Shown here: one piece after another, positions 7,917 to 18,444 of the stretch
Layout: the number at the start of each line of letters is the position of its first letter
How positions within the stretch are numbered: the stretch's first letter is position 1
Assembly (NCBI GenBank): GCA_900550465.1
Contig: URSC01000004.1
Location: 76,507 to 140,506, forward strand
Source of the DNA: an uncultured Alistipes sp.
GTDB taxonomy: Bacteria > Bacteroidota > Bacteroidia > Bacteroidales > UBA932
Length of the DNA: 64,000 bases
Direction of reading: 5' to 3'
The notes under the pieces: generated by a model
What the model was told of the DNA's origin: nothing
Seen by the model: only the letters and a program-made list of their open reading frames with translations
Databases searched by the model: none
Position numbers and translations under genes: made by a program

Positions 7917-10220
7917 TCAGTGCCGGGCACTCATCTCGAACTCGAGGAGGCCGCCGGCGAGTATCTGGCCGATGGTGAGTTTCAGGACGCCGTCCTCTCC
8001 GGGCTTTAACCTTGTGCCGTTGAGGCTGACGGAGCGGACGTAGCGGTTGCGGTCGGAGACTTTCGGGGCTTTTATCTCGAGGGTCCGGCCGTTTTCAAGG
8101 TTGATCTTCATGTAGGGCAGGTAGGGGGCTCCGAGGATGTACTCTCCGCTGCCGGGGCATACGGGGTAGAATCCCATGGCCGAGAATATGTACCAGGCGG
8201 ACATCTGGCCGCAGTCGTCGTTGCCGCAGAGGCCGTCGATGTTGTTGCGGTACATCCGGTTCATGATCTCGCGCTGCCAGTACTGGGTCTTCCAGGGATT
8301 AGTGGTCCAGGCGTAGAGGAAGGGAATGTGGTGGCTGGGCTCGTTGCCGTGGACGTAGCCGCCGAGGATGCCTTCGCGGGTGACGTCCTCGGTGCCGGCG
8401 AAGAACTCGTCGGGCAGGTGCATGGTGAACAGGGTGTCGAGGTTAGCCTCGAACTGCTCTGCTCCGCCCATGGCCTCTATCAGGCCGGGTACGTCATGGG
8501 GCACGTAGAAGGAGTAGTTGAGGGAGTTGCCCTCGATGAAGCCCTGGCCGTGGGTGCTGAGCAGCTCGAAGTCAGTCTTGAAGGTGCCGTCCTCGTGGCG
8601 GGGACGGGCGTGGCGGGTCCCGGGGTCGAAGACGTTGCGCCAGTTGCCGGAGCGTTTCAGGTACTGCTCTGCGATGTCGGCCTGACCCGCGTCAGCCGCT
8701 GTCCGGTAGACGGTCCAGTCGTCGTAGGCGTATTCGAGGGTCACCGAGGCCGAGCTGCCGGAGGCCTCCATGGGCACGTACCCGAGGCGCATCATCTCGC
8801 CGGTGCCCTCGTAGTAGGGTATGGAGGAGCTGTGCACCATGGCTTTCAGGGCCCGGGCCGTATCGACAGGGATGCCGGCGGCGATGGCGTCGGCGAGGAC
8901 GGAGACACTGTGGTAGCCGATCATGCACCAGTTCTCGTTGGCGTTGTGGCTCCATACCGGCAGGGCTCCGTGGACGCTCTGCTCGGAGTGGGCGATCATG
9001 GACTCGATGATGTCATGGCTGCGCTCCCGCTGGATGATGTTGTAGAGCGGGTGCAGGGCCCGGAAGGTGTCCCAGGTGGAGAAAATGGTGTAGTTCGTGA
9101 AGCCCTCCGCGCGGTGGATGTTGCCGTCCACTCCCCGGTAGAGTCCGTCCGTGTCGCAGTAGACCGAGGGGTTGATCATTGTGTGGTAGAGGGAGGTGTA
9201 GAGCATGGACAGCTGGTCCTTATTGCCCTCGGCCTCAATGACCGAGAGGGCATTGTCCCAGGCTGCCCCGGCCTCGGCCGCCACGGTCTCAAAATCCTTC
9301 CCTGCCGCCTCCGCCTCCAGATTCCTGACCGCTCCGGCGGTGCTCACCCCCGACAGGGCGACCTTCACCTCCAGCTCCCGGCCCTCCGAGGGGTCGAATT
9401 CGAACCAGGCCGCTATCTTCCTGCCTCCGATTTCCGGGAAATTGTGCTCCAGGTCGAACTTGCGGTAGAACCCGTTGTAGAGTACCTTCCCGAATTCCTT
9501 GTAGCCGTACTCGCGTATTGGCCTTGAAAACGATATCGCGAAATAGGTGTAGTTGGTCCGCGCCCAGCCGTTGGTGATGCGGTAGCCGGTCAGCAGGGTG
9601 TCGTTCTCGACGCGGATCTGGGCCCAGAGCACCTTGCCGTCGTAGTTGTAGATGCCGTGGATGAGGTCGAGGATGATCCGCTGCTCCGAGGCGCCCTCGG
9701 GGTAGGTGTAGCGGTGTACGCCTGTCCTCGGGGTGGCCGTCAGCTGCGCCCGTATGCCGTAGTCCTCCAGGAAGGCCTCGTAGTATCCCGGCCGGGCCAC
9801 TTCCCGCTCATGTGAGTATCGGGAACGGTATCCCGCATCAGGGTCGGCCGCCGTTCCTGGCCTCAGTTTCAGCTCACCGGTGGTGGGCATCAGCAGCACG
9901 TCCCCGAGGTCCGAGTGTCCAGTCCCGCTGAAATGCGTGTGGCTGAAGCCCACTATCGTGCTGTCGCCGTACTGGTAGCCGGCGCAGTAGCGGTAGGCCT
10001 CGGGCTGATACCGTCCGTCGATGTTGTGCGGCACGGTGTCCGTGTCCGGGCTGAGCTGCACTATTCCGAAAGGATAACATGCCCCGGGAAACGTATGCCC
10101 CATTCCGTTTGTTCCAATCATAGGATTCACCCATTTCGAGAGGCTGTCGGTCCCCGCCGCAGCCGTTCCGATAACAGTCATCGCTGTCATTGCCAGAGTA
10201 CAGAAGAGTTGTCTTTTCAT
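7917..10220 (-). CDS. Glycoside hydrolase family 92 alpha-mannosidase
   Basis: Signal peptide, and WVNPMIGTNGMGHTFPGA...LSPDT characteristic of GH92. 767 aa. Confidence 0.85.
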   Translation of the reverse strand: MKRQLFCTLAMTAMTVIGTAAAGTDSLSKWVNPMIGTNGMGHTFPGACYPFGIVQLSPDTDTVPHNIDGRYQPEAYRYCAGYQYGDSTIVGFSHTHFSGTGHSDLGDVLLMPTTGELKLRPGTAADPDAGYRSRYSHEREVARPGYYEAFLEDYGIRAQLTATPRTGVHRYTYPEGASEQRIILDLIHGIYNYDGKVLWAQIRVENDTLLTGYRITNGWARTNYTYFAISFSRPIREYGYKEFGKVLYNGFYRKFDLEHNFPEIGGRKIAAWFEFDPSEGRELEVKVALSGVSTAGAVRNLEAEAAGKDFETVAAEAGAAWDNALSVIEAEGNKDQLSMLYTSLYHTMINPSVYCDTDGLYRGVDGNIHRAEGFTNYTIFSTWDTFRALHPLYNIIQRERSHDIIESMIAHSEQSVHGALPVWSHNANENWCMIGYHSVSVLADAIAAGIPVDTARALKAMVHSSSIPYYEGTGEMMRLGYVPMEASGSSASVTLEYAYDDWTVYRTAADAGQADIAEQYLKRSGNWRNVFDPGTRHARPRHEDGTFKTDFELLSTHGQGFIEGNSLNYSFYVPHDVPGLIEAMGGAEQFEANLDTLFTMHLPDEFFAGTEDVTREGILGGYVHGNEPSHHIPFLYAWTTNPWKTQYWQREIMNRMYRNNIDGLCGNDDCGQMSAWYIFSAMGFYPVCPGSGEYILGAPYLPYMKINLENGRTLEIKAPKVSDRNRYVRSVSLNGTRLKPGEDGVLKLTIGQILAGGLLEFEMSARH

Positions 10221-10268
10221 ACCGCGAATTTATGGAAAAAGTTGATAAATTTGTAGGATAAATTCAAA

Positions 10269-12770
10269 TTGACAATGAAAGAAAATATTGACAGACCGGA
10301 CAGGATAGAGGTGCGCGGGGCGAGGGTGCACAATCTTAAGAATATCGATGTGGACGTGCCGCTTGGGAAGGTCGTGGGGATAGCGGGGGTGTCGGGCTCG
10401 GGCAAGAGTTCGCTGGCCCTCGGGGTGCTGTATGCGGAGGGCTCGCGGCGCTATCTCGAGTCGCTGTCGACATATACCCGCCGGAGAATGACTCAGGCGG
10501 CGCGGGCGAGCGTGGATGAGGTGCTCTACGTGCCGGCGGCCCTGGCCATGCACCAGAGGCCGGCGGTGCCGGGTATCCGCAGCACCTTCGGCACTGGGAC
10601 GGAGCTGCTCAACATGCTGCGCCTGATCTATTCGCGCCTGGCCTCACACCGCTGCCCGAACGGGCATTACGTGACACCGTCGCTCAATGTGGCGGCCGGT
10701 CTGGAACTGGTCTGCCCGGAGTGCGGGGCGCATTTCTACGCACCGTCCGCTGAGGAATTGTCCTTCAACAGCAGCGGTGCCTGTCCTGCTTGCGACGGCA
10801 CCGGAACTGTCCGCACCGTGGATGAGTCCACCCTGGTGCCGGACGAGACCCTGAGCATCGACCAGGGTGCGGTGCTGCCGTGGAATACCCTGATGTGGTC
10901 CCTGATGACCGATGTCTGCCGGGCGATGGGAGTGCGTACGGACGTGCCTTTCAACCAGTTGACCCCGAAGGAGCGGGATATTGTCTTTCATGGACCGGCC
11001 GAGAAGAAGCATATATTCTACCATTCGAAGAATACCAACCAGGCCGGGGAATTGGATTTTACCTACTACAATGCCGTCTATACCGTGCAGAACGCCCTTG
11101 CGAAGGTCAAGGACGAGAAGGGGATGAAGCGGGTGGAGCGGTTCCTTAGGACCGGGCCGTGTCCTGATTGCGGGGGCTCGCGTTTCTCCGAGGCCGCCCG
11201 CGCTCCTAGGGTCCGGGGCATTTCCATAGACGAGGCGTGCCGGATGAGTCTGCGGGAGCTGGTGGAATGGGTGCGCGGGGTGCCGGCTTCCCTGCCGGAG
11301 GAGATGCGTCCGATGGCTGAGAGGATCTGCGAGTCGTTCCTGGATGCTTCGGTGCGGCTGCTGGATCTGGGTGTGGGGTATCTGAGTCTGGACCGCGCTT
11401 CGTCCACGCTTTCGACCGGGGAGCGGCAGAGGATGCAGCTGGCCAGGGCGGTGCGTAACCGTACCACAGGGGTGCTCTATGTGCTGGACGAGCCGTCGAT
11501 AGGGCTGCATCCGGCCAATATCGTCGGGCTGGCAGGGGTGATGAAGGACCTGATAGCCGACGGCAATTCGATAGTGCTCGTGGACCACGATGTGCAGATA
11601 CTCAAGGAGTCGGACTGGATGATAGAGATGGGGCCCGGGGCCGGTTCTTCGGGCGGACAGGTGATAGCGCAGGGGACGCTGGAGGATATCGGACGGTGTC
11701 CGGATTCGAAGATAGGCCCGTTTCTGACCGGGCTGGCAGGGGTGAGTGCCCGGAAGCGGGCGGCTGAATCCGAGATGTTTGCTTACGGACGTATCCATAT
11801 CTCGACGGCTGCGATACATACGGTGAAGCCGTTAGAGGTGGATATCCCCAAGGGGCGGCTGACCGTGGTGACCGGAGTGTCGGGCTCGGGCAAGACGACT
11901 CTGATACTGGAGAGTCTGGTGCCGGGTTTGCAGGCGATGGTTTCGGGCGGCAAGTTGCCTGGCCACGTGCTGTCCGTACAGGCCGACGGTATCCGGCACG
12001 CCAAACTTATAGACGCAACGCCCATAGGCATCAATATCCGCTCTACCGTAGCTACATACGCCAACGTACACGACGAGCTGCGCAAGGTCTACGCCCGCAC
12101 GCCCGACGCTAAGGCCGCCGGCTGGAAGGATGGGGATTTCTCCTACAATACCGGCCGTCTGCGCTGTCCTACCTGTGACGGTACTGGTGTAATCAACCTC
12201 GACGTACAGTTCCTGCCCGACGTGGACATACCCTGCCCGGACTGCCGCGGCTCCCGCTATTCCAAGGCGGCTTACCGTATCCGCCGGGAGAATTTCGAGG
12301 GAACCTATCACTCTCTTCCCGAATTGATGGCGATGGATGTCAGCGACGCTCTCGTGGCGTGCGGGGATCTCAGAACTGTGCGTCAGCGGCTTCAGGTGCT
12401 CCAGGACCTTGGCTTGGGCTATCTGACTCTCGGCGAGCAGACTCCCGGACTGTCGGGCGGCGAGGCCCAGCGTCTCAAGCTGGCCAGCGAGATGGGACGC
12501 GGCCAGGACGATTCGGTCTTCGTGTTCGACGAGCCGACCATAGGACTGCATCCTGCCGACGTACAAACCCTGCTGCAGGTCTTCCAGAGCCTGATAGACC
12601 ACGGCGCCACGGTCATCGTCATCGAGCACGACATCGATGTCATCCGCTCAGCCGACTACGTCATCGACATGGGGCCCGGCGGCGGCGAGGAAGGCGGCCG
12701 CATCGTGGCAGCCGGCACTCCTGACGACATCCGCCGCTGCCCTTCCAGTGTCACCGGCCGGTTCATCTGA
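10269..12770 (+). CDS. UvrA paralog (excinuclease ABC subunit A family; short, UvrA2-like)
   Basis: Two ABC ATPase modules (GVSGSGKSS Walker A twice) with zinc-finger Cys clusters (CPECG..CPACDGTG; CPTCDGTG..CPDCRGS). At 833 aa it is shorter than canonical UvrA, consistent with a class lacking the UvrB-binding domain. Confidence 0.8.
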   Translation: MTMKENIDRPDRIEVRGARVHNLKNIDVDVPLGKVVGIAGVSGSGKSSLALGVLYAEGSRRYLESLSTYTRRRMTQAARASVDEVLYVPAALAMHQRPAVPGIRSTFGTGTELLNMLRLIYSRLASHRCPNGHYVTPSLNVAAGLELVCPECGAHFYAPSAEELSFNSSGACPACDGTGTVRTVDESTLVPDETLSIDQGAVLPWNTLMWSLMTDVCRAMGVRTDVPFNQLTPKERDIVFHGPAEKKHIFYHSKNTNQAGELDFTYYNAVYTVQNALAKVKDEKGMKRVERFLRTGPCPDCGGSRFSEAARAPRVRGISIDEACRMSLRELVEWVRGVPASLPEEMRPMAERICESFLDASVRLLDLGVGYLSLDRASSTLSTGERQRMQLARAVRNRTTGVLYVLDEPSIGLHPANIVGLAGVMKDLIADGNSIVLVDHDVQILKESDWMIEMGPGAGSSGGQVIAQGTLEDIGRCPDSKIGPFLTGLAGVSARKRAAESEMFAYGRIHISTAAIHTVKPLEVDIPKGRLTVVTGVSGSGKTTLILESLVPGLQAMVSGGKLPGHVLSVQADGIRHAKLIDATPIGINIRSTVATYANVHDELRKVYARTPDAKAAGWKDGDFSYNTGRLRCPTCDGTGVINLDVQFLPDVDIPCPDCRGSRYSKAAYRIRRENFEGTYHSLPELMAMDVSDALVACGDLRTVRQRLQVLQDLGLGYLTLGEQTPGLSGGEAQRLKLASEMGRGQDDSVFVFDEPTIGLHPADVQTLLQVFQSLIDHGATVIVIEHDIDVIRSADYVIDMGPGGGEEGGRIVAAGTPDDIRRCPSSVTGRFI

Positions 12771-12921
12771 TAATTTGTGTAATCTGTTTAAAGTGTTGAG
12801 GTATGGAATTGAATGATAAGATTGTGACTTACCGAAAGCCGCACGGAAGAGAAGGACATGATGGTGAAGGTCGTCGTAAACCTGATAAACAAGAACAACT
12901 AAGGGATGCGTGATGGCCTGG

Positions 12922-13094
12922 CAACGGTAAGTACTGCAGCGGCTTCGTTTTGTAATGCTTCGATAGACAGGCCTTTACAAATGCAACGAGTGCTTTTCGG
13001 ATATTTTTGACACTTCCGAAAGCACACGCTCTAATTGTAACTTGATGATTTAAAGATAATTGCATTTTTAGGCCGCTTCTCTGCTTGCCGTTAC
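12922..13094. mobile_element. ~173-bp MITE-like or structured-RNA element, copy 2
   Basis: Same termini as copy 1 (CAACGGTAAGTACTG ... GCTTCTCTGCTTGCCGTTAC) and an internal GTGCTTTTCGG...CCGAAAGCAC hairpin. It lies about 50 bp upstream of the GT2 gene start. Confidence 0.5.
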
Positions 13095-13145
13095 GCAAAT
13101 TCACATGAAAACATTTACTATCTTTGAGAGGCTAATCAGAAAGAT

Positions 13146-14462
13146 ATGGAAATAATTGACAGAGACAATGGATATGTTCTGCTGCGGGTGGGGCCGGAGC
13201 GGGAAATGTATGATGCCCGGGAGGCCGGCGGAAGGCTGCTGGAGGAGGCTGCTCGGGCCGGGGCGGTGATGGTGTACTGTGACTACTGGCTGCGGACGTC
13301 GGACGGCCGGCGGAAGGACAATCCGGTCAATGACTGTCAGCCGGGCAGTGTGCGGGAGGACTTCGACTTCGGGGCGATAGTGGCTGTGAATGAGGCTCTG
13401 ATGCGGAAATGGGAACAGGAGACGGCGGAGGACAATGCAGGAGACGGCACGGTGCTGAAATACGGCCGGTGGTATTCGCTGAGGCTCTTCCTCTCGCGGC
13501 ACGGAGCGCTGGTGCATCTGCCGCAGACGCTCTACGGGGTGGACGAGGTGGATGCGAGGGCTTCGGGGCAGAAGCAGTTCGACTATGTGGACCCGCGGAA
13601 CCGGGAGGCGCAGATAGAGATGGAGGCCATCTTCACGGACCATTTAAGGAAAATAGGGGCGTGGCTGCCGCAGCGGACGCGGACGGTCGGGGAGGATGAC
13701 GCCTCCTATGCCGTAGAGGCCTCGGTCGTCATCCCCGTGCTCAACCGTGCGGCCACGATCCAGGACGCGCTCCGCTCGGCACTCTCGCAGCAGACGGATT
13801 TCCTGTTCAATGTCATAGTGATAGACAATTATTCCACCGACGGAACATCGGAAAGGATAGATGAACTTGCCTCGTCCGACAGCCGGGTGATTCACCTTAT
13901 CCCGGAGGAGAGCGGTCTGGGCATCGGCGGCTGCTGGAACGCCGGCATCAGCCATCCGGCTTGCGGACGCTATGCCGTGCAGCTCGACAGCGACGACATG
14001 TATAGCGGGCCCGATACCCTGCAGCGGATTGTGGAAGTGTTCCGCCGCGAGCGGTGCGCCGTGGTCATCGGCAGCTACATGATGACTGACTTCGACCTGC
14101 GGCCCATACCGCCAGGCATCATCGACCACCGCGAGTGGACCGACTCCAACGGCCACAACAACGCCTTGCGCATCAACGGCCTCGGTGCTCCCCGCGCCTT
14201 CCACGCCGCTACCCTGCGCTCGGCCGGCGGCTTCGAGAACGTCTCCTACGGCGAGGACTACGGCGTAGTGCTCCGCCTGACCCGTGAGTACCGCCTCTGC
14301 CGCATCTACGCCCCGGTATACAGCTGCCGCCGCTGGGGCGGAAACTCCGACGCCGCCCTGGACATCTCCAGGATCAACGCCCACAACGCCTACAAGGACT
14401 CCCTCCGCACCCGCGAGCTCCTCGCCCGCCAGCAGATGAATAACGGCCGACTTGGTGAATGA
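13146..14462 (+). CDS. Family 2 glycosyltransferase with ~190-aa N-terminal extension
   Basis: [16 protein letters not shown]...[12 protein letters not shown] is a GT2 (GT-A) signature. Confidence 0.75.
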   Translation: MEIIDRDNGYVLLRVGPEREMYDAREAGGRLLEEAARAGAVMVYCDYWLRTSDGRRKDNPVNDCQPGSVREDFDFGAIVAVNEALMRKWEQETAEDNAGDGTVLKYGRWYSLRLFLSRHGALVHLPQTLYGVDEVDARASGQKQFDYVDPRNREAQIEMEAIFTDHLRKIGAWLPQRTRTVGEDDASYAVEASVVIPVLNRAATIQDALRSALSQQTDFLFNVIVIDNYSTDGTSERIDELASSDSRVIHLIPEESGLGIGGCWNAGISHPACGRYAVQLDSDDMYSGPDTLQRIVEVFRRERCAVVIGSYMMTDFDLRPIPPGIIDHREWTDSNGHNNALRINGLGAPRAFHAATLRSAGGFENVSYGEDYGVVLRLTREYRLCRIYAPVYSCRRWGGNSDAALDISRINAHNAYKDSLRTRELLARQQMNNGRLGE

Positions 14463-14575
14463 AAACAGTCCAACTTGGTGAATGAAAACAGTCCAACTTG
14501 GTGAATGAAAACAGTCCAACTTGGTGAATGAAAACAGTCCAACTTGGTGAATGAAAACAGTCCAACTTGGTGAAT
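14448..14575. repeat. 23-bp direct tandem repeat (GAAAACAGTCCAACTTGGTGAAT) x about 5.5
   Basis: Five perfect head-to-tail units are read directly (14461-14575), preceded by a partial copy that contains the GT2 stop codon. A TAnnTTTG-like -7 box for the next gene lies just downstream. Confidence 0.9.
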
Positions 14576-14641
14576 AAGTCTTCGTAAATTATTTTATTTC
14601 AATATTTAGTGTTATATTTGCAAAAGTCAAAAATAACGCTG

Positions 14642-15925
14642 ATGGAAGAGCCTATTACATACAGAAAACGAATTGCCGACAAGCTTCTCAGTGAACAATT
14701 GGAGGCATCGGGAGCTGTACTGATTCAAGGTCCGAAGTGGTGCGGCAAGACTACGACGGCAGAGCAGCAGGCCGGAAGCATTATTTATATGGACGAGCCG
14801 AAAAACCGTCAGGCAAATCTTATATTAGCGGAGACGGATCCTCAGGTACTGCTTCAAGGAGCAGTTCCGAGGGTGATCGACGAGTGGCAGCTGGCACCGT
14901 CATTGTGGGATACTGTCAGATTCGAGACCAGCCACAGACGGTCTCCCGGGCAGTTTATCCTGACAGGTTCTGCTGTTCCTCCGGATTTATCAGAACAGAC
15001 GCATTCCGGCATAGGCAGGATAGCAAGACTTACCATGCGGACAATGAGTCTTTGGGAGTCCGGAGAGTCAAACGGCAGTGTGCGTCTTGAGTCTATGTTT
15101 TCTGGAGAATTTGTTCCGGCCTCTGCTGAAAATATGTCTTTGGAGTCACTGGCATTCTTGATATGCAGGGGCGGATGGCCGGGCTCGCTGGATCTTTCAA
15201 GGAAAGCTGCATTGCGACAGGCGTTGAACTATGCTGACGCTGTGTGTGAAAGCGATATCTCAAGAGTGGACGATGTCTGCAGGGATGCGGATTTTGCGCG
15301 TAGACTGATGCGCTCCTATGCCAGGCATCAAGGCCAGCAGGTGCCGTTGAGTACGATATATGCGGATCTGTCGGGCAACCGTGCCGGAAGCATGACGGAA
15401 GACACCATTGCATCTTATTTACGCGCACTCAGGAAGATATTTGTGATAGAGGATCTTCCTGCTTGGAATCCCAATCTGAGATCCAAAACGGCTATCCGCA
15501 CTTCTGATACAAGGTATTTTGCTGATCCGTCCATAGCAGCGGCCTCTGTCGGTACGGGACCTGAGGACTTGCTTGCAGATCTGAATACCCTCGGGTTGTT
15601 TTTCGAGACAATGGCTGTACGCGACCTCCGTGTTTATGCAGAGGCTCTTGACGGCAAACTGTACCATTATCGTGACAAGACCGGACTTGAATGTGATGCA
15701 GTCATTCATCTTCGTAACGGCCGTTACGGTCTGATTGAGATCAAACTCGGAGGAGATACTCTTATAGAGTCCGGTGCCAGGACATTGCTGAAACTTGCAG
15801 GTAAGATTGACACTGAGGCCATGAGTGCCCCGTCCTTCCTTATGGTTCTTACTGGCACCGGTCAGTATGCTTATCGCCGCAGCGATGGAGTCTGTGTTGT
15901 CCCTATCAGTTGTCTGCGGGTGTGA
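14642..15925 (+). CDS. AAA+ ATPase with DUF4143 (paralog of 6558-7829)
   Basis: Walker A GPKWCGKTT and the same architecture as the 6558-7829 protein. The ORF could start at 14609. Confidence 0.7.
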   Translation: MEEPITYRKRIADKLLSEQLEASGAVLIQGPKWCGKTTTAEQQAGSIIYMDEPKNRQANLILAETDPQVLLQGAVPRVIDEWQLAPSLWDTVRFETSHRRSPGQFILTGSAVPPDLSEQTHSGIGRIARLTMRTMSLWESGESNGSVRLESMFSGEFVPASAENMSLESLAFLICRGGWPGSLDLSRKAALRQALNYADAVCESDISRVDDVCRDADFARRLMRSYARHQGQQVPLSTIYADLSGNRAGSMTEDTIASYLRALRKIFVIEDLPAWNPNLRSKTAIRTSDTRYFADPSIAAASVGTGPEDLLADLNTLGLFFETMAVRDLRVYAEALDGKLYHYRDKTGLECDAVIHLRNGRYGLIEIKLGGDTLIESGARTLLKLAGKIDTEAMSAPSFLMVLTGTGQYAYRRSDGVCVVPISCLRV

Positions 15926-16681
15926 TTACCAGCCTTTGAGGGCGAAGCGGCAGGTGACCGAGTAGGTGTACTTGATGGTGCGGAAGGCGTCGGAGGCGGA
16001 GGCTGCCGGGGCGGCTTCGGCTGAGCCGAGTGCGGCTCCGTCCATGCGGAGCTTGCTGTTCTGGACGACCGTGTAGTGGTCTGTTCCGCCGCCGTGCTCT
16101 ACGATGCTGAGGACTTTCCCGATTTTCTCACCGAGGGCCTCCGCCATGTATCCGGCTTTGTCCTTAGCGGCCAGCAGCGCGTCTTTCTTGCCCTGCTCGT
16201 GGTATTTGAGGATGTCCTTGTTGCTCATTTCCCCGATACGCATGGAACTTACTCCCTTAGTGTCTATGACGGAGATGATCCTGTCTATCATCGTGAAATC
16301 GTGCAGGGTGATGTCCAGATTCTTGCCGATGAGGAAATCCAGGCCCCGCTCCCTCCAGTAATCGCCCACGTCCTGGGTGCGGATGTCGTTGTCGGTGATG
16401 CCGATGGAGTGAAGGGCTTCGCGCATCTGCGACTCGATGTCCTCGATACGGACTTTTGTCCTGTATTCCTCGGGTTTGGAGACTCCGTCGAATTCCTCCT
16501 CGAAATATTCCTTGATGCCGATTACAAAATGTATCTCGTCCGGAATAATCTCTACCTCGGAGGTGCCGGTGACCTCGATATAGCGGAATTTGTCTTTATA
16601 TGGAGCATCCTGGGCATTCATCAGGCCGCAGGAAAGAACTGTGGCGGCAGCCGCCGCAATAATAAATGAAACAGCTTTCAT
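15926..16681 (-). CDS. SIMPL/DUF541 domain periplasmic protein
   Basis: Signal peptide, and the layout FRYIEVTGTSEVEIIPDE ... KDKAGYMAEALG typical of SIMPL (26-kDa periplasmic immunogenic protein family). Confidence 0.65.
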   Translation of the reverse strand: MKAVSFIIAAAAATVLSCGLMNAQDAPYKDKFRYIEVTGTSEVEIIPDEIHFVIGIKEYFEEEFDGVSKPEEYRTKVRIEDIESQMREALHSIGITDNDIRTQDVGDYWRERGLDFLIGKNLDITLHDFTMIDRIISVIDTKGVSSMRIGEMSNKDILKYHEQGKKDALLAAKDKAGYMAEALGEKIGKVLSIVEHGGGTDHYTVVQNSKLRMDGAALGSAEAAPAASASDAFRTIKYTYSVTCRFALKGW

Positions 16682-16738
16682 ACTTCAGATGCTTTGTGAT
16701 TCTGAAATATGAAAGCTGTCAATTACCGTGCCACCCCT

Positions 16739-17201
16739 CTATCCCTCGACCTTGAAGCGGACTCTCCACCGTCCGTCGGCGAAGTCATGCGAGAGTATCC
16801 GGAAGTGCCCGATCTCCGAGGTATTGGAGACGTGGGCCCCGATGCAGGCGCAGGCGTCGTAGTCCCCGACCCTGACTATCCGGAGGGTCTGCGAGACATT
16901 CTCCGGCAGTTTGCTCAGGTCGACTATTGCACCTGCCTCTGACAGAGGAACGAACTCAATGGTGACCGGCAGGGCTGCCGCTATCACCTCATTGACCTTG
17001 TCCTCAATGGCCTGGACCTGCTCCGGAGTGGGGCACTCCGCCAGCAGATAGTCGCATTTGCTCTTCTTCCGCTCGATATGGGCGTTGCGCGAGCGGGGAC
17101 AGCCGAACATCCGCACCATCGTCTGGTTGAGGATATGTTCCGCCGTGTGCATCGGAGGGTATTCCTCCTTGTTGTGCGCGTTGAGCTGGATGTTCTCTTC
17201 C
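16739..17201 (-). CDS. AlaX-S-like alanyl-tRNA editing domain protein
   Basis: HTAEHIL motif and CACIGAHVSNT zinc site of the ThrRS/AlaRS second additional domain, about 154 aa. The long upstream ORF extension (to 17683) is an out-of-frame artefact overlapping pepT. Confidence 0.7.
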
Positions 17202-17202
17202 A

Positions 17203-18429
17203 TTATTTTACTGTGAAATTCCGGATGATGTTCAGGATGACCTCCGAGGCCTTCTCCATGCTCTGCACGGGCAGATACTCGTACTTGCCGTGGAAGTTGA
17301 GGCCGCCGGCGAAGATGTTGGGGCAGGGCAGGCCCATGAACGAGAGGCGGGCGCCGTCCGTACCGCCGCGGATGGGACGGATGTTGGGCTTGATGCCCGC
17401 GGCCTTCATGGCCTCGACTGCCTTCTCGATGATGTGGTAGTGGGGCTCTACCTCCTTCTTCATGTTGTAGTACTGGTCCTTGATGTCGACGGTCACGACA
17501 CCGGCTCCGTACTTGCAGTTGATGAAGTCGGCGCACTCCTGTATCATCTTCTTCTTGCGCTCGAACAGCTCGAAGTCGTGGTCGCGGATGATGTACTGGA
17601 TGTCGGCCTCCTCGACCACGCCGGTGAACTTGGTGATGTGGATGAATCCGTCGTAGCCCTCGGTGTATTCGGGTCTCTGCCATACGGGCAGCATGTCGTT
17701 GAGCTCGGACGCGATGAGTATCGCATTGAGCATCTTGTCCTTGGCGTAGCCCGGGTGGATGTTGCGGCCCTGGATGTGCAGCTTGGCGGCCGCGGCGTTG
17801 AAGTTCTCGTACTCGAGTTCGCCGATGGCGCCTCCATCCATGGTGTAGGCGTATTTGGCACCGAACCTGGCCACGTCGAAATGGTCCACTCCGCGGCCGA
17901 TTTCCTCGTCGGGGGTGAAGCCGATCTTGATGGGACCGTGCTTGAATTCAGGATGTTCCATGATGTATTCGGCGGCGGCCATGATTTCGGCCACTCCGGC
18001 TTTGTCATCTGCTCCGAGCAGGGTGTTGCCGTCGGTGGTGATCAGGGTCTGGCCCACATAGTCCTTCAGCTCGGGGAATTCTTCCGGGTCGAGAACCATG
18101 CCTTTAGCCTCGTTGAGAGTGATGGCCTTGCCGTCGTAGTTCTCCACTATACGGGGCTTGATGCCGCTGCCGGGGGCATCGGGGGAGGTGTCCACATGGG
18201 AGATGAATCCTATGGCGGGGACGTCCTCTTCTATGTTGGAGGGTATGGATGCCATCAGGTATCCATATTTATCAAGTTCTACTTTTTCAAGCCCCATGGC
18301 CTCCAATTCTTTTCGGAGCTGATCCAGAAGGGCAAACTGCTTGTTGGTACTGGGCTGACTCTGCGAGTCCGGGTTCGATGTCGTGTCGAATGCCACGTAC
18401 CTCAGAAATCTGTCAACTATTTTTTCCAT
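17203..18429 (-). CDS. pepT: Peptidase T (tripeptide aminopeptidase, M20B)
   Basis: MEKIVDRFLRYVAFDTTS ... HVDTSPD ... M20 metal-binding motifs. 408 aa. Confidence 0.85.
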   Translation of the reverse strand: MEKIVDRFLRYVAFDTTSNPDSQSQPSTNKQFALLDQLRKELEAMGLEKVELDKYGYLMASIPSNIEEDVPAIGFISHVDTSPDAPGSGIKPRIVENYDGKAITLNEAKGMVLDPEEFPELKDYVGQTLITTDGNTLLGADDKAGVAEIMAAAEYIMEHPEFKHGPIKIGFTPDEEIGRGVDHFDVARFGAKYAYTMDGGAIGELEYENFNAAAAKLHIQGRNIHPGYAKDKMLNAILIASELNDMLPVWQRPEYTEGYDGFIHITKFTGVVEEADIQYIIRDHDFELFERKKKMIQECADFINCKYGAGVVTVDIKDQYYNMKKEVEPHYHIIEKAVEAMKAAGIKPNIRPIRGGTDGARLSFMGLPCPNIFAGGLNFHGKYEYLPVQSMEKASEVILNIIRNFTVK

Positions 18430-18444
18430 ATCTAAAATATTTAA

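Noticed and set aside
8328-9527. 399-aa plus-strand ORF inside the GH92 gene
   Set aside because: It is antisense to a well-supported GH92 coding frame, and its composition (G/V/A/D repeats) is artefactual.
10644-12629. Two long minus-strand ORFs (391 aa and 265 aa) overlapping the uvrA paralog
   Set aside because: Arg/Pro/His-rich antisense frames with no motifs. The UvrA-like frame is unambiguous.
13644-14519. 291-aa minus-strand ORF overlapping the GT2 gene and reading through the 23-bp repeats ([17 protein letters not shown] reiterated)
   Set aside because: Its periodic peptide is just the tandem DNA repeat translated. The upstream part is antisense to GT2.
17290-18435. 381-aa plus-strand ORF antisense to pepT, and 16739-17683 extended ORF upstream of alaX
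   Set aside because: Antisense or out-of-frame low-complexity translations. pepT and the 154-aa AlaX-like protein account for the region.
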